A stretch of DNA of 64,000 bases from Candidatus Kaiserbacteria bacterium CG10_big_fil_rev_8_21_14_0_10_49_17 (GTDB lineage Bacteria > Patescibacteriota > Minisyncoccia > Phycocordibacterales > JABMNX01), in the NCBI GenBank assembly GCA_002778575.1, contig PFBJ01000003.1, positions 11,057-75,056 on the forward strand, written 5' to 3'. A model generated the notes under the pieces. It worked only from the letters and a program-made list of their open reading frames with translations. It ran no database searches and was not told the DNA's origin. The translations under genes and the position numbers were made by a program. Below are positions 56,385-64,000 of this stretch, in pieces; position 1 is the first letter of the stretch, and each line of letters begins with the position of its first letter.

Positions 56385-58443
56385 TTGGGTTAAGTGGAAG
56401 GGTTACTGAGAATGTGGTCCCGACGCCTTCCTCAGAGTGTACCACAATTGTGCCGTTATGATTATCTACAACGCTTTTCGTAATGAAAAGTCCGAGCCCT
56501 GAACCGTCTGTAAACATTTGTGTCGCTTTTCTAGAGCGGAAAAATTTTTCAAAAAGGCGCTTCTGTTCTTCCTTGGGAATACCAATACCGCTGTCAGTTA
56601 CCGAAATTCCAATGCCACCTTTTTCCTTTGAAACTGAAAGCGAGACCATGCCACCCTTTTGGGTGTATTTAATAGCATTATCAACAAGGTTGTTGAGCAG
56701 GATTGAGATTTTTTCCGGATCGAACATAAATTCCGGCACATCCGCATCAACAGTTGCGCTGAATTTAACACCTTTTTGCTCAGCAACTCCCGCAAAGCCG
56801 TTTCGCACCGACTCAACCAGCGGGTGTATATCTCCTTTACTAAACTGGTAATCAAAGCGTTCATCTGAAATGCGCGCGACATTGAGGAAGTCATTTACCA
56901 GCTGCACCATTTCCGCCGCGCGCGCATCACCGCTTTCAACAACCTCTTTCTGGTCTTTATTGAGTTTTCCCAGCTCTCCGCTGCGCAGAATGTTAAATAC
57001 CCAGCGCAAACCTGAAACTGGCGTGCGGAGCTGGTGAGCGGCGATTGTAATAAATTCGTTTTTTGAACGCTCTATTGCTTTTTCCCGTGTCACATCACGA
57101 ATAAGCACCAGTTCACCTTTTCGCGTTCCTAATTTAAACGGTAACCTCTGAACTTGAATTTCCCTTTCATGGGGATAGGTAATAGTAAGCTCAGCGCTGC
57201 CGCTTGCGGGGAGGGGTTCCGCCGCGCTTTCTCTCTCCTCTTTTGGTTTTGCGGAGAGCGCCGCCGCCAAAGACTGGTACGCTTTTTCTTTTCCCCACTC
57301 GGCAACCTTTTTCCCCGTGACCTCCTCTCTCGTAATACCGAGCAAAATCTCTGCCGTGCTGTTTATTCGCTCTATCACCTCGCCGGCAGAAAGCTCAATA
57401 ATACCGACGGGGAGATTCTCAATTATTGTTTCAACGTGAATCTTTTCATCCGCAAGCTCCCCCGTTCGTTCCGCCACTTTCTCTTCCAATGTCTCATTCA
57501 AATCACGTAAATTCGCTGACACCCGCTCAAGTTCTTCTCGCTGCGTTACTTCATGCAAGACAGAACGAATAAGAAAAATCCCGAGAACAATCGTCGCGAC
57601 CAAAAGTGCGATATCGGGAAGGGCATCGGTAAGCGTCGGGGCAAGTAGTACTCGGAAAAACAGCAAACCCCAAAGAGCAAAAATGAAGACCTGCGTCGCA
57701 ATAAGGCGAATATTGAAAAGCTGGTGGCGCAGGATTGCGTAGGTCACGCCAAAAGCAAATATCGGCCCGGTGAGAAAAGTGACGAAGAGCGACACGTAGT
57801 CATTCGCACCGTACCCATACCACGGTCCGTACCCGGCAAGCCGTGTCATGACAGGTATCTCAAGCGCAAGGATCATCAGGAGTCCCATTATTCTCGCTTC
57901 TTTGCTCTTGCCGGTTCGCCACAAGAGGAACATCACAAAAAACGAAAAGAGCACGGCAACAACAAAGAAACCGATAAAGTAAATGAGGTACGGCCCTGCT
58001 TCAGGTGTGAGCTGTATCGCCGGGGACTCGGTAAGCTTTCCGATAAGGTAATTCGTACCGGTAATATCGCTTAGAAACGGCAAAAGAAAGAGCGCATCAA
58101 TCGCAACAAGCGCGTACGCAATATCGCGCATGACCTTATTAGCCGGCTTAAACTTCTCGTATACAACAATTGAAAAGAGAATCAGCGCAGCAATAAATGG
58201 AATACTGAATGCTTGTGAGACAGTACGGTAGAGGAGCGCGAGCCACAGATCGTCCGTCGTACTGTAAAGAAATGCGAAAAGGTTTATGAGGCCTCCAAAT
58301 AGCGCGAGAGTTGCATAACGTCTTGCAATCGGGTCCCGATACGCCGTGGTTACGAGGAAGAAGAATGCAATTGCAAGGACAAAGAAAAGAAAGCCAAATG
58401 AAATGGCTTGTATATCAGCAGGAGTAAGGTTTAAGAAACTCAT
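56368..58443 (-). CDS. sensor histidine kinase, multi-TM sensor plus PAS plus HisKA plus HATPase_c
   Basis: H-box AAHQLRTPVSGL, N/G1/G2 boxes; N-terminal TM region paralogous to 2561-4180 kinase. Confidence 0.9.
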   Translation of the reverse strand: MSFLNLTPADIQAISFGFLFFVLAIAFFFLVTTAYRDPIARRYATLALFGGLINLFAFLYSTTDDLWLALLYRTVSQAFSIPFIAALILFSIVVYEKFKPANKVMRDIAYALVAIDALFLLPFLSDITGTNYLIGKLTESPAIQLTPEAGPYLIYFIGFFVVAVLFSFFVMFLLWRTGKSKEARIMGLLMILALEIPVMTRLAGYGPWYGYGANDYVSLFVTFLTGPIFAFGVTYAILRHQLFNIRLIATQVFIFALWGLLFFRVLLAPTLTDALPDIALLVATIVLGIFLIRSVLHEVTQREELERVSANLRDLNETLEEKVAERTGELADEKIHVETIIENLPVGIIELSAGEVIERINSTAEILLGITREEVTGKKVAEWGKEKAYQSLAAALSAKPKEERESAAEPLPASGSAELTITYPHEREIQVQRLPFKLGTRKGELVLIRDVTREKAIERSKNEFITIAAHQLRTPVSGLRWVFNILRSGELGKLNKDQKEVVESGDARAAEMVQLVNDFLNVARISDERFDYQFSKGDIHPLVESVRNGFAGVAEQKGVKFSATVDADVPEFMFDPEKISILLNNLVDNAIKYTQKGGMVSLSVSKEKGGIGISVTDSGIGIPKEEQKRLFEKFFRSRKATQMFTDGSGLGLFITKSVVDNHNGTIVVHSEEGVGTTFSVTLPLNPNGKPE

Positions 58444-58562
58444 CTATGCCTCTAGTATAGGCGTAAATACGCTGAGGTGTGGCATGGACTGTGGACATGC
58501 GACTCGTTTCAATTCAGCAATGTATGTACACTTAAGGCACTAGTAAATTAATTATTTTCAAC

Positions 58563-58763
58563 ATGTTACGAATGAACCATCGCTTTTTCGTACTAATTGC
58601 AGGACTGATCTTCCTTGGTGTGGGCATCTTGCATGGAGCACGAATTTTCTACGGATGGAGCGCTATGATTGGTCCGTGGGTTGTGCCAATATGGGTCTCA
58701 ATGCTCGCGGTCTTTATCGGCTTTATTATGGCAATTGCAGCCATCCGAGACTTTTTGCGATAA
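58563..58763 (+). CDS. small membrane protein (2 TM, 66 aa)
   Basis: ORF only. Confidence 0.3.
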   Translation: MLRMNHRFFVLIAGLIFLGVGILHGARIFYGWSAMIGPWVVPIWVSMLAVFIGFIMAIAAIRDFLR

Positions 58764-58813
58764 GACGTTACCGCAAAGCAAGGAGTAACCGCGCCAATAG
58801 GCGCGGTTACTCA

Positions 58814-59050
58814 TTACCTCTTACCGGCAATGTTTTCTCTGCCGAGAACATCTTCACTGAATTCTGTAAAACACGTATCGCAGGACACGGAGGTGGTAAA
58901 AATATACTCAGGCGGTCCGCCAATCTTTGTGCTAAAATCAAACGCTTTTAGCTGCGGGGTAGACCGAGTGACTATGTAGCCGTCACAGTGTACATGCGGA
59001 CACGGAATATCCGTGGTTTTCACAATTGGAGAGAGGTTTGAAGATTTCAT
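58814..59050 (-). CDS. small Cys/His-rich hypothetical protein
   Basis: CPHVHCDG...CDTC possible zinc site. Confidence 0.3.
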   Translation of the reverse strand: MKSSNLSPIVKTTDIPCPHVHCDGYIVTRSTPQLKAFDFSTKIGGPPEYIFTTSVSCDTCFTEFSEDVLGRENIAGKR

Positions 59051-59097
59051 GCATATCTCCTCTCAAAGATTCTGCCTGCAGGAAGTGTAGCAATTGC

Positions 59098-61104
59098 TTA
59101 TTTTTCTTCAAGCGCGCGGATTTCATCACGAATAATGGCCGCGGTTTCAAAATCAAGCACCTTCACCGCTTCTTCCATTTGTCGGCGTTTTTCCTTTATA
59201 AACTTCTTTGGGGCTTTTTTGTACAGCTCCCTCTCGACTGACAGAAGCGTGGTGACAGCTTTTTGGTGCTCGCTCTTAAGTTGCTCTGTTATATCTTTGA
59301 TCGCCTTCTTAATCGTCGTTGGTGTGATGCCGTGCTCTTTATTGTATGCAATCTGTTTCTCCCGCCGCCTATTTGTCTCTTCTATTGCCCGTTCCATCGA
59401 ACCGGTCATTTCATCCGCGTATAAAATGACCCTGCCCTTCACATTGCGCGCCGCCCGCCCAATGGTTTGCAAGAGGCTTGTCTGTGAGCGCAGGAACCCC
59501 TCCTTATCAGCATCGAGTATTCCAACCAGTTCCACTTCAGGAAGATCGAGGCCTTCGCGCAAGAGGTTCACGCCGACGAGCACGTCAAAATGCCCCTTGC
59601 GAAAATCAGTCAAAATAGTGATGCGGTCTATGGTTGTAATATCACTGTGAAGGTACTCTGCCTTTATATCTCTCTCTTTCAGAAAATCTGCTAAATCTTC
59701 GGCCATTTTCTTTGTGAGCGTTGTAGTGAGCACTCGTCCGCCGCCACGCACTGTTTTTACCGCCTCCTCAATAAAGTCCTCAACTTGACCAGGGTATGAA
59801 CTCGAACCAATTACTGGTCGTATATCAATTTCCGGATCAATGAGACCGGTCGGTCGAATGATTTGCTCTACCGGTGTGCCTGAGTGCTCTAATTCATACG
59901 GTCCGGGGGTTGCGGAGGTGTAAATGCACTCCCCGATTCGCGCTTCAAATTCATCAAACTGCAGCGGCCGGTTATCAACTGCAGACGGCAAACGAAAGCC
60001 GTGCAGAACAAGCGTCTCTTTACGCGAGCGGTCACCTGCATACATGCCGCCCAGCTGCGGAATGGTCACATGCGATTCATCAATAACAGTGAGAAAGTCA
60101 GGCTTTCCGTCTTTTGTATGTGGAAAATAGTCAATCAGTGTATACGGCGGCTCGCCCGGTTTGCGCCTATCGAAGTGCCGGGAGTAATTCTCAATACCAT
60201 TACAGTAGCCGATCTCCCGAATGAGCGCTAAATCGTGATTCGTGCGGCGCTTCAGTCGCTCCGCCTCAAGCACGTTCCCCATTTTCTCCAAATCCGCCAA
60301 ACGTTCCTTTAATTCAGCCTGTATGTCTTTCATTGCAACATCGCGTTCTTCCTCGGGCGTGACATAGTGTTTTGCGGGAAAAAGAAAGAAAGTATCGTGC
60401 TCACCGACAACTGCACGCGATATGCCATCAATTTCGGTGATGTGTGCGATTTTTCCGTCAATAAGTTCAATGCTGTAAATAACCTTTTCATTTGTCGGCA
60501 TTATTTCAATTCGATTTCCAACCGCCCGAAAGGTGCCGGGAGTAAGGTCGGCATTTGTTCTCTCAAAGTAAATGTTGACGAGTCGCCGTAAAAAGTCAGA
60601 CCGAGGGAGGTCTGCGCCTTTTTCGATTCTCATGTGTACACGTTCATACTCCTCAGGAGAGCCGAGGCCGTAAATGCACGACACTGACGCAACGACAATG
60701 ACATCCTCTCGCGTGAGAAGTGCTTGTGTGGTGGCGTGGCGAAGGCGCTCTATCTCCTCATTTATCTGCGCTTCTTTTTCAATATAGGTGTCCGAAACCG
60801 GTAAATATGCTTCCGGTTGATAGTAGTCGTAGTAAGAAACAAAGTAGTGCACTGCTGCGTCGGGGAAAAATTCTCGATACTCTTGCGCAAGCTGTGCGGC
60901 GAGCGTTTTATTGTGTGCAATAACGAGCGTTGGCTTCCCAATTTGTTCAATAACATTTGCAATAGAAAAAGTCTTTCCGGTGCCCGTTGCACCCAAAAGT
61001 GTTTGGTGGCGCCTGCCAGCCTCTACCCCTTTAACGAGCGCCTCTATTGCCTTTGGCTGATCCCCTTGGGGCGTAAATTCTGATTTGATTTTAAGCTTTG
61101 CCAT
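59098..61104 (-). CDS. uvrB: excinuclease ABC subunit B
   Basis: helicase motifs GATGTGKT, DESH; beta-hairpin; C-terminal UVR domain; start at MAKLKIK. Confidence 0.96.
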   Translation of the reverse strand: MAKLKIKSEFTPQGDQPKAIEALVKGVEAGRRHQTLLGATGTGKTFSIANVIEQIGKPTLVIAHNKTLAAQLAQEYREFFPDAAVHYFVSYYDYYQPEAYLPVSDTYIEKEAQINEEIERLRHATTQALLTREDVIVVASVSCIYGLGSPEEYERVHMRIEKGADLPRSDFLRRLVNIYFERTNADLTPGTFRAVGNRIEIMPTNEKVIYSIELIDGKIAHITEIDGISRAVVGEHDTFFLFPAKHYVTPEEERDVAMKDIQAELKERLADLEKMGNVLEAERLKRRTNHDLALIREIGYCNGIENYSRHFDRRKPGEPPYTLIDYFPHTKDGKPDFLTVIDESHVTIPQLGGMYAGDRSRKETLVLHGFRLPSAVDNRPLQFDEFEARIGECIYTSATPGPYELEHSGTPVEQIIRPTGLIDPEIDIRPVIGSSSYPGQVEDFIEEAVKTVRGGGRVLTTTLTKKMAEDLADFLKERDIKAEYLHSDITTIDRITILTDFRKGHFDVLVGVNLLREGLDLPEVELVGILDADKEGFLRSQTSLLQTIGRAARNVKGRVILYADEMTGSMERAIEETNRRREKQIAYNKEHGITPTTIKKAIKDITEQLKSEHQKAVTTLLSVERELYKKAPKKFIKEKRRQMEEAVKVLDFETAAIIRDEIRALEEK

Positions 61105-62314
61105 AATACTTTGTAAGGAATTCTTGCCGGTACTCTCGGAATGTACCATCTAGCAGTGAGGCGCGAATGCGAGCCAGTAACTGCATCATGAAAAACAGAT
61201 TATGTTCTGACGCCAGCACCGCACCGAGCATTTCACGACTGCGAAAAAGGTGCGCGAGGTATGCCTTTGAGTACGTTTTCCCTACTTCGCTTCCGGTCTC
61301 TTCATCAAGCAGCGTATGGTCAGTACGATACCGCGCATTCAGTATATGTATTTCGCCTCGCGCAGTATAGAGAGTGCCGGTACGCGCAAGTCGAGTCGGC
61401 GCGACGCAGTCAAATGTATCTATACCGTGTTCGACTCCGTCAAAGAGGTCTCTCGGTTCGCTGCCGATACCGAGAAGGTGTCGCGGCTTTTCCATCGGGA
61501 GGATGGTATTAACACGCGCTAGTGACGCGTCGAGGTCTTTCTTTGAAAATGAACCGCCGATACCGAATCCATCAAAATCCATGCCGGCAATTACTTTTGC
61601 GCTCTCTTCGCGCAAGTGAGCAAACCTGCCGCCTTGGACAATACCAAAAAGCGCCTGTCTTCGCGCGGAATCAATATTCCTTTTATGCGAGAGGAGCGAG
61701 CGTTTTGCCCAGCGGTGCGTGCGCTCCATTGCTTCTTTTTGGTACGCCTCATCAGCTGTCGGTGACGTGCACTCATCAAATGCAAAAATAATATCGGCTC
61801 CAAGCGCGTGTTGGATTTCCATGGAGCGCTCTGGGGTAAAGCGGTGTAGTGAGCCGTCGAGGTGTGAGGTAAACGACACCCCGTCTTCATCAATAATGGC
61901 AAGTTTGCCGTGACTCTGCGCCAGTTCCTTGTTGTATGGCACGAGTGCCTCATCCGCGTCGACGTCTCTTTCAAATTTATTTATTCCTTTTCCAAATCCT
62001 GCGCCAAGCGAGAATACTTGGAATCCTCCCGAGTCGGTAAATGTCGGGCCGCTCCAATTCATAAATGAACCTATGCCGCCCGCCTCTGCTACAACTTTCT
62101 CACCCGGCTCTAGGTAGAGGTGGTAGGTATTACCGAGCACTGCCTGCACGCCAATGCGCGAAAGCGTTTCCGTCGAGAGGCCTTTGACTGTCGCTTTTGT
62201 CCCGACGGCAATAAACGCCGGCGTTTTAATGGTGCCACGGGCAGTCGAAAGCTCCCCGGCACGCGCACGCGTGCCGTGGAGCGTTTCCACTATCTCGAAG
62301 GAAAACGAGCTCAT
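61091..62314 (-). CDS. tgt: queuine tRNA-ribosyltransferase
   Basis: TIM-barrel Tgt, zinc site CxCxxC...H, catalytic Asp region. Confidence 0.92.
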   Translation of the reverse strand: MSSFSFEIVETLHGTRARAGELSTARGTIKTPAFIAVGTKATVKGLSTETLSRIGVQAVLGNTYHLYLEPGEKVVAEAGGIGSFMNWSGPTFTDSGGFQVFSLGAGFGKGINKFERDVDADEALVPYNKELAQSHGKLAIIDEDGVSFTSHLDGSLHRFTPERSMEIQHALGADIIFAFDECTSPTADEAYQKEAMERTHRWAKRSLLSHKRNIDSARRQALFGIVQGGRFAHLREESAKVIAGMDFDGFGIGGSFSKKDLDASLARVNTILPMEKPRHLLGIGSEPRDLFDGVEHGIDTFDCVAPTRLARTGTLYTARGEIHILNARYRTDHTLLDEETGSEVGKTYSKAYLAHLFRSREMLGAVLASEHNLFFMMQLLARIRASLLDGTFREYRQEFLTKYYGKA

Positions 62315-62349
62315 TCCCTCAAGCGTAACTATTTTACAACTCTTGGCAA

Positions 62350-62823
62350 CTACTCTATGCCAAGCAATTCCACTTCAAAGACAAGGGTTTCTTTTTGTAG
62401 CGGATGTCCGGCTACCGCGCTGTAGGCAAGCGATGAAGGAATAACAAGCTTGCGTACGCCACCAACCTTCATACCAACAACGCCTTGCTCCCACCCTGCG
62501 ATCACGCTTCCTGTGCCCAGAGTAAATGAGAAGGGTTCCCCGCGGTCCTTCGAGCTGTCGAACTTCTGTCCGTTTGTAAGTGTACCGACATAGTGAACTG
62601 AGACGGTGTCTCCGGCTTTCGCCTCGCTACCGGTTCCCTCCTGTATGTCAGTTATGTGCAGCTGATTTACAGTTGCACTGTTTTCTTCTGTATCTACCAT
62701 AGGTGCTTCAGTTACGGTTGTACCAGCTGACCGCATCTGTGCTCGCAAAAGCGCGAAGCCAAAAACAATAACAACCAATACAAGCGCTCCAATCAATAGT
62801 AATCGTCGTGCCGAATCGGACAT
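62350..62823 (-). CDS. FKBP-type peptidyl-prolyl cis-trans isomerase, membrane-anchored
   Basis: GDTVSVHYVGTLTNGQKFDSS...GWEQGVVGMKVGGVRKLVIP. Confidence 0.9.
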   Translation of the reverse strand: MSDSARRLLLIGALVLVVIVFGFALLRAQMRSAGTTVTEAPMVDTEENSATVNQLHITDIQEGTGSEAKAGDTVSVHYVGTLTNGQKFDSSKDRGEPFSFTLGTGSVIAGWEQGVVGMKVGGVRKLVIPSSLAYSAVAGHPLQKETLVFEVELLGIE

Positions 62824-62824
62824 A

Positions 62825-63280
62825 TTACTCCGCTACCACGCGCGTGTAGGTTAGTACCCCGCCGCGATCAAGGTAAATAAGTGCGAGCGAGCCTGCGGTC
62901 ACTTCCGCAATTGAGAAGTAATACGCCTCTTCACCGTCAACGATCTTCAGGTATATCGCTCCGGGAATAGCCGGCACGGGTTCATTGCCAACTTCGGTAA
63001 AGACGTTCCAGCTGCCGCCGGAAATTTCCTCGCCGTCATACACTTCAGAAAGCGTTCCATCAGCATTGAAAATGCGTACCGACTTTTCGTCATCGGTTGA
63101 CTGCCACGCTCCGACAAGCCCGGCTTCGATCGCTTCAGTCGACTGTTCAGTATCTGCGCTCGTATCACTCGCTGCTGGAGCGGCTACGTTCTGACTTCCC
63201 CCAGGAATGCCAAAGTATAGAAACCCGACTGCCGCAATAGCGATAAGCACAATAACAATAAGAATTGGATGTGTTTTCAT
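62825..63280 (-). CDS. hypothetical secreted/anchored protein
   Basis: N-terminal TM/signal; acidic domain. Confidence 0.5.
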   Translation of the reverse strand: MKTHPILIVIVLIAIAAVGFLYFGIPGGSQNVAAPAASDTSADTEQSTEAIEAGLVGAWQSTDDEKSVRIFNADGTLSEVYDGEEISGGSWNVFTEVGNEPVPAIPGAIYLKIVDGEEAYYFSIAEVTAGSLALIYLDRGGVLTYTRVVAE

Positions 63281-63330
63281 ATCTATTACTAAGACTGCTA
63301 ATTAATCGGAGTATACCGTTAAACGGAGTC

Positions 63331-63417
63331 TTAGAAAAGGTGTAGCGCGACACCGAAAAAGAGGTAGAACACAAGAAAGACAACGACAAGGAGGACGATA
63401 ATAGGTGGATGTTTCAT
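63331..63417 (-). CDS. putative 28-aa hydrophobic micropeptide (MKHPPIIVLLVVVFLVFYLFFGVALHLF)
   Basis: hand-translated; ATG immediately follows TspO stop (TAAATG). Confidence 0.3.
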   Translation of the reverse strand: MKHPPIIVLLVVVFLVFYLFFGVALHLF

Positions 63418-63822
63418 TTAATTGAGAAAGAAAATTGTAATTTGAAGCACTGTTGCAAATGTACCCCACAGGAGGTACGGGAGAAGAAGAATGAAGAGCA
63501 GCTTAGACACTCGCCACGCGTACCACTGAAGAAGCGCCACTGTGGCAAGCACAAAGAGAATATCAAGTGACGCCCACAACTCGCCTGGAAGCAACAATTG
63601 CAACGGCGTGAAGACAATGTTGCCTATCATATTAAGAACAAGAATAAGAAAGAGCTTCCAGTCTGCGCGTTTTTTATATACGAGGTAGAGGATGTATACG
63701 GCGGCAAGCGCGATAAGCGGGTAGATAATCCCCCACGCAAGTCCAAATACCCATTCCGGCGGTGCAAAAAATGGCTTGGTAATGGCTGTGTAGTATTCTT
63801 GGTACCCCATTGCGTATTCCAT
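63418..63822 (-). CDS. tspO: TspO/MBR family tryptophan-rich sensory protein
   Basis: FFAPPEWVFGLAWGIIY and PYLLWGTFATVLN TspO signature helices. Confidence 0.8.
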   Translation of the reverse strand: MEYAMGYQEYYTAITKPFFAPPEWVFGLAWGIIYPLIALAAVYILYLVYKKRADWKLFLILVLNMIGNIVFTPLQLLLPGELWASLDILFVLATVALLQWYAWRVSKLLFILLLPYLLWGTFATVLQITIFFLN

Positions 63823-63823
63823 G

Positions 63824-64000
63824 TTAGCTCGTTTTATTTTTGAACTCCTCGGTAAAAATATCCGCAAGCGTTACGAGCGGGAAAGTAACACTCTGCACTC
63901 CCGCCGCATACGGCGCAACGTGGTACGGAGAGAAAAAGAACTGTATTGTATCTCCTGAAATAACGAAGCCTTCAAAGTTCTCTTGCACCGGTTCCGTACC
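63824..64000 (-). CDS. hypothetical protein, C-terminal fragment entering window (..PYHVAPYAAGVQSVTFPLVTLADIFTEEFKNKTS)
   Basis: open frame from window edge to TAA at 63824-63826, 1 nt before tspO start. Confidence 0.35.
   Translation of the reverse strand, partial: GTEPVQENFEGFVISGDTIQFFFSPYHVAPYAAGVQSVTFPLVTLADIFTEEFKNKTS

Noticed and set aside
1-64000. CRISPR arrays, rRNA genes, transposases, integrases, phage structural genes
   Set aside because: None detected by eye. No short direct-repeat/spacer periodicity and no recognisable recombinase motifs in any ORF.

Overview
This 64 kb window is a gene-dense chromosomal segment, about 90% coding, with almost every gene on the minus strand. 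The gene content (few biosynthetic genes, many small membrane and secreted hypotheticals, a truncated AlaRS and UvrC) resembles a reduced-genome bacterium, possibly a Patescibacteria/CPR-like lineage, but that cannot be proven from sequence alone.

The housekeeping core:
- aspS and trpS.
- A grpE-dnaK-dnaJ heat-shock operon running into a membrane protein, plsC, an acyl-ACP-reductase-like oxidoreductase and a histidine kinase.
- The alpha-operon end of the ribosomal cluster: rpsI, rplM, rplQ, rpoA, rpsD, rpsK, rpsM, infA, plus a 37-aa rpmJ I found by hand below the ORF-track size cutoff.
- alaS, leuS, mnmA, mltG, ychF, tgt, ddl.
- uvrA, uvrB and uvrC dispersed within 13 kb.
- Two paralogous multi-TM histidine kinases, one with a stand-alone receiver.
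- An HlyD/RND efflux pair on the plus strand.
- ung, an MGMT-like domain and a Cas4-like Fe-S nuclease side by side.
- M16 peptidase, FKBP, TspO and MgtC.

The most unusual region is an accessory-looking block at about 41.6-46.5 kb. It contains a full-length eukaryote-type arginine (phosphagen) kinase in an apparent operon with an RNHCP zinc-ribbon protein and a NYN/PIN-like nuclease. Next to these are an IPNS-like 2OG-Fe(II) oxygenase and two hypotheticals. The block ends at a tRNA-Ala(UGC) that is flanked by about 46-bp inverted repeats and followed by a 37-nt remnant of a tRNA 3' half, a recombination or integration scar.

Other non-canonical items:
- an ATP-cone::Mrr-type PD-(D/E)xK nuclease fusion;
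- a protein combining sigma-70 region 4 with two HARE-HTH domains;
- an actin-like (FtsA/PilM-family) ATPase plus a bitopic membrane protein inserted where secY-adk-map would normally sit;
- a perfectly symmetric pair of divergent, apparently leaderless extended -10 promoters;
- a shared AGTGTAGT palindromic operator-like motif at two loci.

No rRNA, CRISPR array, transposase or integrase gene was seen.

Coordinates derived from reading the sequence text (RNA genes, repeats, hairpins) may be off by 1-2 nt. CDS ends follow the ORF track, and several starts were moved to internal Met codons by homology reasoning.
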